Shown: positions 1-14,432 of the stretch, piece after piece
Layout: the number at the start of each line of letters is the position of its first letter
Position numbering within the stretch: the stretch's first letter is position 1
Translations under genes and position numbers: made by a program
DNA from: Octopus sinensis
Lineage: Eukaryota
Length of the DNA stretch: 64,000 nt
Assembly: GCF_006345805.1 (NCBI RefSeq)
Contig: NC_042999.1
Location: 97,030,001-97,094,000, forward strand
Direction: 5' to 3'
Notes under the pieces: model-generated
Seen by the model: the letters and a program-made list of their open reading frames with translations, nothing else
Database searches by the model: none
What the model was told of the DNA's origin: nothing

Positions 1-283
1 AGCCACAACACACATTTGGATATACTGAGAGGTTACTATTACCTTGCATAGTCAAAACAGACAGAAAAGATGCGAACGAAGCCAAAAATTTGAGTTTACG
101 AAACACAGAAACGATATTTATTTATCACCTAATGAAACACAACAGGATCTCATAATGCAGGGAAACTGTTACATAACCAAATTCCTGCAAACCGGGAGAA
201 CTACATTACGTGGAAACAATTGTAGTGATTACAAATAAATGCTTCTCTGTACTTCTTCTTGTTGACTCCAACTTATTCAATTA

Positions 284-512
<229 letters not shown>

Positions 513-1289
513 CAGATGTGTTTCAATGTACATACACACGAGTTCTTTATTATTATCATCATCATCATCATCTTCTAGTTCTATTTCTTCTTCCTCTGTT
601 CCTCCTCCCCCTCATCCTCTTCCTTTTCTTCTCCTACTTTTCTATTTTCCTTCTCGTCGTCCTCCTCCTTTTCTTCTTCTCCTACTCCTCTTTCTTTTGT
701 CTCTTCCATTGTCGTTGCTGCTACTTTAATCTTTTTCACATCTTGATGGCGATGATAACATGATATTAAAGAAGATTATGTTTATGACGATAAAGATCAC
801 GATGATGATTACAAAACGATGATGATGACGATGATGACAAAGATAATGGTGATCATGATCATCACCATCATCGTCGTCGTCGTCGTCATCGTTGTCATCG
901 TTGTTGTTGTCACCATTATCTTCTTCTACATCATCATCATCAACATCATCATGCTCAGTCCCGTTCATTATTTCGCTTCGTTGAATCACTAGAACCTCAT
1001 CTTACCACACTGCCCCGAGGTAAATAATCCAGATTATTGATTGTGACCATCAATTTCTACAAAGCAAATGAGTGAACATGTGTTATTGACACATGTGCCA
1101 CAATATTTAACAATGAGACAAACTTCATAAGACTACTGCTAGAAGCTTCGAATAATATTCTTTAAAGAAACGTGGTAAAACAGATGTAAAAATATTGTTT
1201 ATGTACATGCATTTTTGTTATTTATTTCTTTTATGTGTTTTTCTTTTATTGTTCTCTGCTATTTTGATCCATTCTCGCGAACATTGTGG

Positions 1290-1410
1290 CATTTCATCAG
1301 AATTAGTCATCAAAATACATCCCAGGAAAGCACCAATATAAAAGATAGAGACTTGTACAAGAATGTAGCTGTTGAAATTAGATATTGGAATTGTATCAGA
1401 TCAGCTGGAG
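1290..1410 (+). mobile_element. Possible tiny R4/Dong RLE C-terminal fragment
   Basis: ESTNIKDRDLYKNVAVEIRYW resembles the N-I-x-x-K-E...K-Y-K-D-L-x-x-E-I-x-x-x-W segment of the other copies; followed by an AAT/AAC-rich tract. Confidence 0.3.
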
Positions 1411-3544
1411 GAGAAAAAACAATAGAGAGGGAAAAAAATAACATTACAAAATCAATCGATAACAGCAGCACGAAAAAGAACAATAAGAACTATAACAGCA
1501 AAAATAACTATAACAAAAATAATAACATTTTTTAATATTTTTTTTTAATACTGTGTGATATAGTTTGAAATAGTGATCCATTTAGAATAAATAGTAAGCT
1601 CCTGAGGTGGTTATGTCTGTCATCCGAGTTTGATTGACGGTTTCTAGTTTCTTTATGTCATTTATGCCGTCAATGTTCCAAGGAAATACATGGGCATCAG
1701 GGTTTCCTATTTTGCTCACTGCAAATTACTAAGATTTTCATACCTATTTAAAAAGTCACTAGCTAATGTCATAGCTTAAAGGGCAAAGTCCTGCTGTAAC
1801 GATGTTATCAATCTGGTCTCAATTAATTACCCGAGGGATGTCATTTTATTTTGTTGTTGACACCGGAATAATAAAAAATTAGAACATGACTACTACAGTT
1901 AATTATTTAAGCTCATTTATAAATTTGAAGAGATCTTCAAATGGCTATGTCGTAAAGACGCCAGAGGAGTTGATAGTTCATACTCTTTTTCCGTAGCCTG
2001 TACACTTACCTCTCAATAACTGGTTCAACCAGTTGTAAATAAAACAAAATCGTTGTTTGCACAGTGTACAGCGAGATATGAAACGAGATATGTTCCAGCA
2101 GATTCGAAACGCTTCTGTGTTGGTCATAGGAGAGCAACTTCTCGAACTCATTGTCATTGTAGAAAGAAATTATTTTCCTGTGACGAATACAACAGCGACA
2201 AGTATATTTGCGTTCGTATCTGCCAGAATGGATTGAGAATAAATACGCAGGTCATCGTTAGCTGTAAATAGATAACACATAACAGTAGAGTTTGCTACTG
2301 TGAATATCGTCAGTGAATATCGTTAGTAAAAACTAACAGCTACTCAACTCGTAAAAACAGCTTGAAGATTTTGGTTCCACTGGGCAATGTCGCCATAAAT
2401 AATGCAAAGATTTCTTCAGTGAAGCCACTAAGTTTACAGAAATCATGTATCAGAAATCATTACTCGAGATTTATTAAAGGGTTGCTTATTATAACACCAA
2501 ATTGAGTAGCGAGATTTTCTCATCTCTTTAATGCTTTAAAACAAATTATACAATTCTCCCACACTTTCATACGATAGGTCATCTAGTCAATTACAGACTA
2601 TATTGTCATTCTGTACTGGTCAATCTCCCCTTTTCATTTTTTCACAATAATTTCACCATCCCATTAAAAGGAAAACGAGCTTTTGAATAATGATCTTACA
2701 TAGAGAGATAAGTTGATTTGAAACCCAAATGTTTAAACGCACAAACATTCCAATTTTCAGTAACTGCATTTTATTTTTCTATCAATAGAAAACTTTTCTT
2801 TTGATGACTTAAATGTCATCAATAATATGACAGCCATTCCTTAATTTCTGATTGGTTCAGACCAACCTTCCACAGCTACTATAATTTGCGTAATTGCATT
2901 GGCCAAAGGTCACTTCCTCCTACACTATGTTATATATATGGTTCATCCTATCTAATTCATGTTGACGTTTCAATTTGCATGTATGATAGCATAAGATTTA
3001 GACGTCAGCAACGACTGTAAAATCTACCCTATTCAACTCTTAGCGCTGCCATCGATACCAGCATCACCACAAACTCCATCATCACCTTCATCTTTATCAT
3101 TACTCTGATCATCAACCCACGTGACAAACTAAATTAAACGTCAAGATAATAAGGTTTCTGCTGCACATTTATAAATTCGAAACATGCATAACGGGATTAA
3201 ATATTTAAAAAGAGCCGACATCACCACCACTATCACTAACATTACAATCGTAGACAGCAGTCCCACGACCTCTAACTGCATCAACACCAGTATCAAGTCT
3301 ACACCACCAACATCACCGCCACCGACAACACTAACATGAGTAACACTACCTCTAACGCTGTTAATACTACTTTCAACACTATTACAACTAGCGTTGATAC
3401 CATGTACAGTGACGCACTACTACTACTACTACTACTACTACTAATACTAGCATTACCACCATAACTACAAAGCTACCACCAGCAGCGCCGCTTCAAAAGC
3501 AAAACCATCACTAGCTGCTTATTATCAATGTTCTTCTTGTCTCC

Positions 3545-3679
3545 ATGATGATGATGATGATGATGATGATAATTATGGGGGGAGGAGAGGGCGGTGGCGG
3601 TGGTGGTGGTGGCGACGACGACGACAACGACGATGATGATGACGACGACAACGACGACGATGATGACGATGACGACGAC

Positions 3680-3735
<56 letters not shown>

Positions 3736-3775
3736 CGACGACGACGATGATGATGATGATGATGATGGCGATGGT
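3545..3775. repeat. (GAT/GAC/GGT)n triplet microsatellite
   Basis: Directly visible; gives poly-D/poly-M/poly-S ORFs. Confidence 0.97.
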
Positions 3776-3949
3776 GATAAAGTCATTACCGTCAAGCTGA
3801 ATACCCTGAAAACCACTAGCATCAAAATAATCGTCAATTTCACCTTATCCATCATCACTATTATCTCTATGATCATGAACGGCATAGATAACAATGAAAT
3901 GTAAAGAAAAAAGAGCCCCAATTGTTTTAGGATTCCACCCCTAGTCGTC

Positions 3950-5745
3950 GAAGAAACTACCTAAGTTTTAGATCATTCTATTGCATCATTAAAAGTACCC
4001 CTTTCTCAGTTTCTTAATAAGAAAAGGGCCCATTCAGCCATGTCAATCTCATACAAAAGAAGGCAGCACTTTGATCACCACCCCCAACTTGAAATAAAAT
4101 TAATAAGAGTTTGGCCAGAGAGGAAAAGTTACACTTCAGCTTTCCACACATAATATCCTTCAGCTTAACCACTACGCAGATGAAAACCAGCCGCTCTTCC
4201 TTACAAAAGAAAGGCAGTGAAGCGATCTTAATAAACTCAACTGACAGCTGCGTCCGATCTAAACTTGTCAGTATATGTTCAACGCTTGTCCATAAGCTTG
4301 CATGCAAAGATACTTCAGCTGAAGGAATACCTGTAGGTTGGTTTCGTTGGCATGCGAGCATCTCGTGCAAGTTTCGTTTTTTTCGAGCTCCCATGCTTGT
4401 GGAACTTGTCCCGAACAGGTAATACTTGTAAGATCTCCAGGCCAAGGGCTTTTAAGAGCTATCATTATTTCCAATCTGAAAGCTCTCAAGAAAAGACTGA
4501 TTAAACCAATATTGTTTTCATGCCATTGCTTCTCACACCCTCCACCGATTGATATAAAACGTGTCGCATGAAAAGCAACCACACATGTTCTTTGTCATCT
4601 TCACTACCTCACTGCACACGTGCGCTTCATCAGCAATGGCACCTCGAGAGTGAAATCCCAACCAATAGAAGAAGTCAAAAAAATACATGCTATAATCTGG
4701 TTAGATTCTTCATAGGACATACTTCATAGAACATTTTCCTGCGATAACGTCATCTCAAGCTATTTCTGGTGAATCCAATCACCCTGCTTACGACTACTTT
4801 CCAGCTCTTTCTCCACCAACAGGCTCGATCCCAACCAAACACTGAGTTCCTTAACCAGACTCTCAGTGCAATAACAGAAACTGTCGCTGGGCGACATTGA
4901 TTTTCTCCTCCTGGTGCCGAATTACAAGTCCACCTACTTGCATACTGCGTACCTCCTGCTCTCTCATGGCACGGTGCCAGCCGATTCGATTTTCGAAGTG
5001 TCCGATGCAGAAAACAATGAGAAAACCGTATGTAGTCACCGTATACAGTGACGAAACCTAGGTAAAGCTCTCCCTGTGTCTGATTTCAAGCGCAATGTGC
5101 CTCAAGATCTCCAACCTCCGCAATAATGGTTCCGAGACTAAAACATACGGAAGAGAGAAGAGAAAGTATCCTTGAGAGATTGATTGTGTAATACGAAACC
5201 GTTCCGAGAGGTGGTTGTTTAGTTTGGGTATTGCATAGATGCCATTGTAGAGCGTGATTATCTAGCCTCTCGAAACCGGCTGCTTTTAGGATAGCTACCA
5301 ATATCGTAAGCCTTAGATTGGTTTAATGTTGTCCCCACAGAAACCGGTTCTATTTCAGGCACACTCTATGATGTACTGCATGAGGTGGAGATTGTTTTGG
5401 ATAGATCTATCGGGGATCGCCCAAGTTTAATGTCTCCGTCTACACTACCAGCGACAAGCACCAGCCACTTTATAACCACCTATGCCACAATTTTCAAATC
5501 TGTGTCTAGCAGAGTTATGAACCCGAAGTTTCTTGTTGTGTTCCCTTTGTTCGGGTCTTTCTTTAACAACATCATTACACACTGCAAAGATAATTGGGAA
5601 TGCTTCCAGTCTGCTGTTAGCTGAAGTAAAAAGCTGCCAAGACAGCAGTGAACATGTCTGACATTTAGAAATAAAGCTGGAAGGGCAGACCACCCTGCCT
5701 CAGCAATTTGTCCCTCGTAGAACAGCTTAATCCTGCTGCTGTTGT
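3950..5745 (-). mobile_element. Decayed Tx1/L1-clade non-LTR retrotransposon ORF2 (RT to C-terminal Zn knuckle), 5'-truncated
   Basis: Minus-strand pieces across frameshifts: LLKKDPNKGNTTRNFGFITLLDTDLKIVA (RT domain 1), AIPDRSIQNNLHLMQYIIE, LNNHLSERFRITQSISQGYFLFSLPYVLVSEPLLRRLEI (QG motif), LPVRDKFHKHG and RCSHANET (C-terminal CxxC region). This motif order is typical of L1/Tx1. Confidence 0.8.
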
Positions 5746-5766
5746 TGATGTTGTTCATCATCACCA

Positions 5767-5847
5767 TCTTCTTCTTCTTCTTCTTCTTCTTCTTCTTCTT
5801 CTTCTTCTTCTTCTTCTTCTTCTTCTTCTTCTTCTTCTTCTTCTTCT
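5767..5847. repeat. (CTT)n microsatellite
   Basis: Directly visible. Confidence 0.98.
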
Positions 5848-6776
5848 TGCTGTTGCTGCTGTTGTTGCTGCTGCTTTTGTTACTGCAGCTGCTGTTATAA
5901 CTGCCACTGATGTCGTGATTGCTGTACTAGAAATGTATATAGCAGCTGGTGGTGCTCATCTTTCGCCCTCCCAACGGTGAAACTGCACGTTCTGTAATGG
6001 CTTGTTTTACTATATGTGTAACACCTCGCTTTTAAATCCTCGACAACCGCCTGCATCGGCTCACACTCTTCAAAAGAAAAATAATCGAGGATGTCAGAAG
6101 GATGTTTTGGTGCAACTAATGTATTTAATACCCGTTATATTTCCATTCGGTTCAGCCAGATAGGTTGTGACTTGAACTCAATTATTTTCCTTTATTCTAC
6201 CATCATTGCCTTAATTCTGATCTGTTTTATGTGAAGGCGACACGCTGATGATCCTGAGTTCGGTCACTCCGACGCCTACGAAGTAGTCGCACTTATTCAA
6301 TATTTCATATGAAGCTACATATGATGGCCATCATTTTCTGTTGTTTTCCTCTGGACATGTAAACTGCAGCAGACCACACTTCTTTCGGGTATTTTTCATT
6401 TTGTACTGGAGTCCGGAATTGCAGGTTTCTGGTCTCTATGATTTAATCGCTTACAGTGAATGATCGTATTAGAGTGATCGACAGTAAGCACCGCCAATTC
6501 ACGGCGTACAAAACTCCATAATATTTATAACGATTTCTGCCATTGTCTCATTGAACGAATAAAAGATAAAGTCCTCCTAGCCGTTTTGCTGATGTTATTG
6601 TTGTTATTATACTTGCTGCTGCTGCTGCCGCCGCCGCCGGACGCCGGAATTATTTTCATACCCATGAAAAAACATAGACACCAAAAACTGTCGCTGCCCG
6701 GCGGCTGTAACATTGTTTACTGTCAAGTCGAATGCTATCAAACGGCTTTCCTATCGTCGTTGCGTGCATAGTCGCC

Positions 6777-6862
<86 letters not shown>

Positions 6863-7190
6863 TTTCATCAACGAGGATAGGAAGCATTATGGTTGCAGTC
6901 TTGAAATCCAAGTTTTGGGGAGTTTTTTTTTTATTTTAAAAAATTAGATTTTAACAAAAGCAGATTTTAGCAGGAGTACGAGCCCGAGCATGCCCATCAA
7001 ATAAAATACTAGATCTCAGTAGTATCTGTCAGTTTCTCAACAAAACTGGCCAAAGAAAATAAACTAAATGGATCCCTTTTAGGGAAAAGCAACTGAGGAT
7101 GTACGAAACTACAAGTACAAAATCCTGTGGTGATCGGGTCAGATACCAGTGATGATAACACCAACAGCAAGAATAGTAATGATAATGATG

Positions 7191-7321
7191 CTTTCAAAAT
7201 TTGGCACTAAGCTAACAACTTCAGGAGAGGGGTTAAGTTGATTATATTGACCATGGTGATGAACTGGTACTTATTTTATCGACCCCGAAAGAATGAAAGC
7301 TAACACTGACCTCGGCAAAAT
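7191..7321 (-). mobile_element. SINE family A fragment (Nin/Deu-like central domain)
   Basis: Reverse complement matches GCCGAGGTC...CTTTCATTCTTTCGGGGTCGATAAAATAAGTACCAG of the other family A copies. Confidence 0.8.
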
Positions 7322-7379
7322 ATTTATATTAACAGTGCAATATTCATCGTCTCTTTTCTCTTTTTTTCACCTGACACAT

Positions 7380-8622
7380 TTAACAGATATGTTAAATAGG
7401 AATTGGGTCAGATGCTAAAGCTATTGAAGAACAATTATCCATATTTTATTTAAGGACGACCTAAAGTTGTACACTGAAGCTGAGAAACAACTGCCTACTT
7501 CAGTAAGCAGGACAGATATTTACTCGAGGAACTGATATCAGATTTGGATCAGAAAAATATGCCAAGGCAACCTTTTAGAGGAAAATTATGGGCATTCATA
7601 CCATGCTAGCTAAACAACATGGATAAGAGAATTAAATCAAACACGGGCCTACAAATACTAAGAGTCAATAAATTAGACTAAGTATAACGCGAAAAAACTA
7701 AATGAAAGATTAAAAATGAATATTATTTTAGCCTGAGATTAATACTTGGAACATAGCTTGTTTTTCTTTTCTTTTTTTTTTTGCGCTTTTCACTCATTGA
7801 ATTGTAGTCATGCAGGGGCACCACCTTGAAGGTTCTAGTTTTAAAAAATGGACACTATTACTTAGTTTTTGGAGTCTGGTACCTATTCCATCGATCTCTT
7901 TTGCCGAACAGCAAAATTATGGAGAAGTAAAGAAGCCAACGCCGGTTATAAAGTAGAACGGTCACAAAGACAAACACACACGCTTAACGTCGGGCTTTCA
8001 CATAGCTTCTGTCAACCAAATTCACTCACAAGATATTCGTCAGCCCGGGGCTATAATAGAATACACCTGCCCAAGGTGTTGTACAAGGACTGAACCCGAA
8101 ACCATGAGGCTTCAAAAGCTAATAGATATCAATACTCTAACTGTAATAGTAATGCTGTTGAATATTCTCAATTGGGAGCTAACTGAGCAACAATACTAGT
8201 CAGAAAAAGAAATCAAGAAAAGTATTAACTACGTTTAGAATACAACATACGAAATCTGATCCAAAAGTATTATATTTAGCACGAATGCAGAGAAATAGGG
8301 ACTGTATGCAACTAGGAAACCACTATAAGATATCTGCTTAGGACTAAAATAATATAATTCTGAATATCAGAAAATAAATACAAATATGTACAATACATGA
8401 TCAAGAGAGAAAACAAAACTGTTTTCTGATTTCAAAGAAACCAACCAACAAATAAAAATGATAGGAAAGGAGCGACAAAAACAGAATTTGTGAAAAGTTT
8501 AAAAGCAAATCTAAAAGTGAGGGTACAGAGTACCTCGTTGATCAATGTCAAGAAAAGCTCCTACAAGGCCATTACCTGGAAAAGGTGAACGGTGTGCAAA
8601 TCTATATACATAAAGCTGAAGT

Positions 8623-8661
<39 letters not shown>

Positions 8662-9780
8662 TGTGTGTGTGTGTGTGTGTGTGGCAGGTTTGGTAGCCTT
8701 CAACTAACACTATCTCCTCCGATATCCTGCGGTGCAAGTTGACCAAAATTGAGAGTATGATGGAAGAAGGCTTGCTCTTCAATCAATAGAAGAAAAAATT
8801 CAAATCGGACCATGTTAAGACCAAAATTTATTTACATCAAAAAGGTGGTTTTTTTTTCTATGAAAATCCCTATTTTTTACGAATTTTTGACAGCGGTGTC
8901 GCCATTTTTCGGTGTATTTAAACCAGAAAAATGTTCACTTAAAGAGAATAACAAGCTACATAATGCAAAATTTTTACTTTTCAAAAATTCCAATTCTAAA
9001 GGGTCGAAAGTAAACAAACCCGAGCAACGCTGGGCTATACTGCTAGTATACAAATAAGATGAGAAACGCAGAACTCTATGACTGACATTGAAGGGGACTT
9101 GCTTATCACAGAGTCAAAGTTTTACCACCAGAAATAATCAAAAGCATGCAATAAAGCTAAACACATTAGGTAACTGTATAATATGCGGCGACTAGGAAGA
9201 AACAATTGACAACGTTATCTCTAACGATCCAGTCTTAACCAACAAAGAATATATCTACATGTCCGACAAAGCTGAGGTATTCGTACATTGGAAGTTATGC
9301 CAGCATTTAAGAAGTATCGACAGAAAAGAAGTAGCATAAACACACCCCAGAAAATGTCTGAGTATAACAAAGCGACTATACTCAGGCATTATGTATAACA
9401 GAGTATAACAAAGCGGCTATACTCAATCCACATAGATGAGGAACCCAAGATTAAAAAGGTAGATATCGTTATCAAGATTTACCTTCTAATTGAAGTGTCA
9501 GTCCAAGCAGATAATATTTTATCTCTAAATAAAATGGGGAAATCTTCCACCTATAAATATCTGAGTATAAAATTAACCTGAACTTCATAACTGAAAACAC
9601 AAACAATCTCTATAATAATTGCTACCTTGAGAATGATCAAAAACACGCCGACAATAAATAAGCAAAACCTCAAGATTTAAAAATATGCACAACATATAGA
9701 AAATAGCAATTTTAGGCAGGCAGTACACACTTATTACGCAGAATACTGTCAATAGAAAATACTGCACATTCCTAAATTAA
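7380..9780 (+). mobile_element. Highly decayed R4/Dong-type non-LTR retrotransposon, interrupted by a SINE and a (TG)n tract
   Basis: LFKDDLKLY (YxDD) at ~7440. Remnants of post-RT NW..LYL.R at 8160-8320, ETID.VIS Zn-knuckle region at 9180-9230, DIVI and LIEVSV (RLE) at 9460-9500, and a terminal I.ILG..H.LR.ILS-like segment at 9700-9755. Confidence 0.7.
7790..8120 (-). mobile_element. SINE family B copy
   Basis: Reverse complement of the CATGGTT.CGGGTTCAGTCC...TTGGGCA.GTGT.TTCTA.TATAGCC head/core and the ...GGCAAAAGAGA.CGAT.GAATA.GTAC tail seen at 57685. Confidence 0.8.
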
Positions 9781-10941
9781 AAAATAATCATGCAACCATA
9801 TATAATTTGATAGTGTTGATTAACAGAAGGAAGTACATGTAAATTAAACAGTTTCCTTGCAGGAAAAGTAATTGTGTCGTTTAGAGATAATCAATCAATG
9901 AAAAGCTAACGTTCTCATCATAAACACCTTCCAGAGTATTGTTGTTCAAATAAATAGTATACTGTAGAAATAACCAGAAGTATTATAAAACATGTAATAA
10001 ATTGTCACTGACACGAAAATTTCTATATAACTATGCATTGCTCCAGTTGCTGATGCGATTATTGCTGCTGTTACCCTGCAGTCAGTTATGGTCGAAGTTA
10101 TGATCAAAAGCATTCTAATCATAATTATCCTATTTTTTTAAAGAGCACAGTGTATCGAGAACAAACATTATCCAGTGCGTTCCATCTTTTTAAGAGAGTG
10201 GGCTTATTTTTTGCTGGTCGAGTGACAACGCAAAGCTTCTTTCATTTTCTCCACAGTGCACTTTGTTATTATTGTCTTGCTTGGAGTGGTTTCAATATTT
10301 TCATGCTTCAAGTATATATTAGCTCAAACTTCAAAGGAGAAAACTTATTCAAATATTCCTTTGATTTGTTTCATCCGTAGAACTTTACTCCTTCCATCTG
10401 GTGCTCGGGAGTAGGAACATTGCCAGGCTGTTGACGCTATTTCTGTTGCCGTTGTATATTTTGTCGTTGTTCACAAACATGTTTGGTGGCCTTTCTACAG
10501 ATAATACTGTGGCTAATTATTTCTTTTATATATTGGCAACTTACACTACTTTTGCAACTTTATAAACGGATGTAGTGCTAGATGTTGGTGGTAGTGGTGC
10601 TTAAACTAGGTTTATCTTGAATCAATAGACTTATACGTGGTTCGTTAACTTCTTGGGCAATGCTTGTAACAATCCAAAGGCAACTAACTATAAAATTAAG
10701 GTGTGAAGCTATATCGCAAGCAACTTGATAAATATTTTGCAAGAGATTTATCTCGGAAATAACGGAAAGCTTACATGAAATTATTCATGCAACACTTGCA
10801 ACATACCAGTAACTTCCTAAGCTCCATTTAAATCTGACTTGCAATTCTTTTTGTTATCTATGTCACACGAAAACCTAACTGAAAATTTATGAGTAATTTT
10901 ATTAAGTTGTCAACAGGTAATTGAACTGGAAAGTTTTTTCG

Positions 10942-10990
10942 AGGCAATTTCACAGGCAATTTCACAGGCAATTTCACCGACAATTTCAGA
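10942..10990 (+). repeat. 12-bp minisatellite GGCAATTTCACA x ~4
   Basis: ggcaatttcaca ggcaatttcaca ggcaatttcacc gacaatttcaga. Confidence 0.9.
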
Positions 10991-11479
10991 AAACTACTAA
11001 TACTTAGTGAGGTAGTTAAATTAAGTCGTTAGGGCAGGGAAGGAAGCCAAGATGGGAAGAAGGCGAGATATAAGGAAATAGAATACAGAACCTTGCCAAC
11101 AGAGAGATATTTTGGGGATAAACGTTCTGAAAATAAATTTATACCAGCACCACCTCTTTTGCTACTGAGTGTCACCACCTACCACCATTACGTACGAAAT
11201 ATTACTACTACTACCACTATCATCAACCGCCAACGTTAGCAACAGCAACTCTAACAGTACTACCACAATCAACACCACTACCATCACTACCACGTCTGCC
11301 AACACCTAGTAACAACAACTACACCACCATTGCAATCTGCAGTTGCAGCAAAAACACTAACACCCAGCATGAGGGTATCTTCATCAGAGTCACTCGACTT
11401 AATAGAAATAATAGCCAAATCTCCCTTAAATCATACACTATCGTCTTATAAAAGAACGCATTCAAGAAAAAAAATGGTA

Positions 11480-11900
11480 TAGTGAAGCCTGAAATGGCTT
11501 TTCATTATAGGTCTGTCTGCTTTATCAGGGTTAAATTGGGGCTAAATAATAACAATCATAGAAGAATGTTTCTGCCAGTTAAGAAGGTTGTACTGGTGAT
11601 CACTAAGGTGGGGGACAGATTTATGATGCCGGGGAGGGTAGTTGTTAATGATTGTCTCTATATCGTTTGAGAGCGATAGGTCGATTGTTGCCAAAGGTCG
11701 GAGAGTTTGCTATCATTAGATATAGGACAAATTCTAACGAGTTTCAAAAGATTGGAATATATCCCTATAGAAAGAAAGAGATATTGAGGAGTTCGATGAG
11801 GACAGAAGCTAACCCTGAAAAGTTCATTGATTGGATATAGTGACCGAGACAGTGTCAGAATCAGAGGCCTGATTGGTTTGAAGTGACCGACGGTGTTCGC
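11480..11900 (-). mobile_element. Possible Penelope-like element N-terminal RT-proximal remnant
   Basis: Minus strand gives IETIINNYPPRHHKSVPHLSDHQYNLLNWQKHSSMIVII*P, resembling the PLE NLS..E...L..L...IVI.PADKG region, with an upstream GLxFCP-like remnant. Heavily decayed. Confidence 0.35.
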
Positions 11901-13875
11901 ACTTGGCGTGGAAAGATAATTGTGGAGGAGATTTATTTTTGTTCGTGCAGTATGGAGTTAGATGCATAGAGAGCAGCTAATGCTGAAGTTCTCTGTACAA
12001 TATCAATGTACTCATATCTGTATTTTCTCAGTTTTTGTTTGCTGATCTATCTTTTTTAAAGATGTCGTTTGTTGTTATTTATTCCCACGTCATCTCTCAA
12101 CAGACAAACCTTAAATAGAACGTTCCAGCTCATTTTATTTTCAAGATATTCCTGTAGAAATGCATTATCTAATGTGTTCTTCCTTTTTAAGAATGTTTGA
12201 GAAATACTGGACGTTGTTTCTTAAGGTGGAGCAACCATGTAGAAATTTTCTATTTGATTCTAGACGTTTCTCGAATAGCAGTGCTTCTGTTTGTATGCCT
12301 GAAAGATAATAGTTCGAACCTTGTCGACAGAACTCAAAAATAACAATTTAAAATTTTGTTGAACTCACAGACCCCTTATTTATAAAATACATTATTGTGC
12401 ATTATAATAAACACTGTCTTATAACTGAAGACTAAGTCTTTTGTATTCACTTGAACCAAACTTTTGGCAACTACACCCTCTCTTTCACGCATTTATTTTG
12501 TGACATATGTTATTTGTAAGTTGTTGTTGCTTTATTTTAATTCCAAATATAAAGAAGATGCTTTGCAAGTGAGAGATGCCAATTGTCTGCACGAACCAAA
12601 TTCTATGTGTTTAGCAAAGTAAGTTTATAGTTGTTTATCTGGAGCAGAATCGTAAGCTTGACAAACAGTGAACAAAAAATAATTTCAAATATTTTAAAAT
12701 ATTGCAATGAATAGAGGTAAATATAGGCTCAAAGATTAATGTTAATGAAAATTGATGAAAAGCATAGAAGCGACAAATCCGATAATTATGCATGCACTGT
12801 GTAAATGAAAGCATTAACTTTGAGATTAATATGAATAAATTTTATCAAACCTTAATAACTACAGTGGCAACTGGGGATAGTTTTGGTCTTTTAGTTGTAA
12901 CACCGACATCCTATACATCTATATATAGAACATTTGTAACTAAATAAGGCAATACCTGGAGAAAGATACGCTTTGCTTATTAGTCTAAGACCGATATAGA
13001 ACCGGAGATCCAAGCAAATCGTTTCACTTTCTCTTCTCATTATAGAAATAATTTTAATTAGTTGAACATTTTTTTATCATTTTAAGTGTAAAGTATATTA
13101 GCATTTACTTAACGAATGTATCACATGCAGATGGAGTCCCTAAGTAACTTCCTTGCTTTCGCAGTGCATATGCACTTAATTCTTGGGTGGAGGAAGTTAA
13201 AAGGAGTCGTAGTGACATATGAATGAGTTGATATGTTAAGATTCACTACAATCTCATACACCGCCAGCTTCTACCCCTAAATTGATGCCTCAAGGATTCT
13301 CTTAATCTTACGGAAACCATAACGTAACGCAATGCACTATCTCTGTCATAGGAACATATCTACACACATGCACACGCACTCACACACACACGCACACACA
13401 TGCCACACATACACCAGAAAAAGAAACACAGTCACACACATAATACACATAATCACGAACACATACTAAACAAAAAATTCGTGCCGTCGACATATACGTC
13501 ACGAGTCGTCTGTCTGTATGTACACACATACAAATATATTTGACTTTAGGAATGCTCCTTTCGCTCTTCCTCTCTCTGCTCTCGCTCCCCTCACGCCCCT
13601 CTCTCTCCTCTCTTCCTCTCCCCCTCTCACTCTTTGCTCTTTGTCGCTACACACACACACACATACAAACACACACACATACATATGTGTGTATAGATAT
13701 AAGGCATTTACAAGTAAAACCTGAGATAGCAAGACCTGTTCTTTTTTTTTCCTGTATTACACCGTATATTATAAATGTATGTCTTATAAAACATTTTCAT
13801 TTTCATTTAAAAATAGCTTGTCGCTATTTCTGTGTGTGAGAGACAGAGAGAGAGACAGAGAGAGAGAGAGACAGA

Positions 13876-13910
<35 letters not shown>

Positions 13911-14051
13911 TACATACAGAGATGGGGCTAAGTGTCTGTATAGTAGTGCGTAAGTACGTGTGAATATGTCTACACACACATATATATATGGATATCCTTG
14001 TTGCTTATTTTGATTATATATATATAAAATCAAAATAAGCAACAAGGATAT

Positions 14052-14118
<67 letters not shown>

Positions 14119-14133
14119 TTTTTAAGGATTTAA

Positions 14134-14215
<82 letters not shown>

Positions 14216-14232
14216 GTATGTATATATATATA

Positions 14233-14423
14233 AGCCGAATATTCATAGTCATTAGCACGCCGGGCGAAATACTTTGTGGTATTTTGTTTGTCCTTACGTT
14301 CTGAGTTCAAATCCCGCCGAAATCAACCTTGCCTTTCAACCTTTCGAGGTCGGTAAATTAAGTACCAGTTGCGTTCTGGGGTCGATCTAATCCACTGGCC
14401 TTGTGCCTAGAGTAGAAAAGATT
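14233..14423 (+). mobile_element. SINE family A copy
   Basis: TTAGCACGCCGGGCGAAAT...GTTCTGAGTTCAAATCCCGCCG...CCTTTCGAGGTCGGTAAATTAAGTACCAG...CCTAGAGTAGAAAAG, ending in (ATT)n. Confidence 0.9.
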
Positions 14424-14432
14424 ATTATTATT

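Noticed and set aside
44-60. TTGCATAGTCA, matching the 5' 11 nt of miR-153
   Set aside because: The match stops after 11 nt and there is no complementary 5' arm.
2380-2530. GPCR-like (NLAT...FCKLSGF) or hAT-like reading on the minus strand
   Set aside because: Only scattered residues match, with stops in every frame; no consistent motif series.
12250-12320. GAAACGUC on the minus strand as a possible hammerhead upstream of the PLE-like remnant
   Set aside because: No CUGANGA or stem II could be identified.
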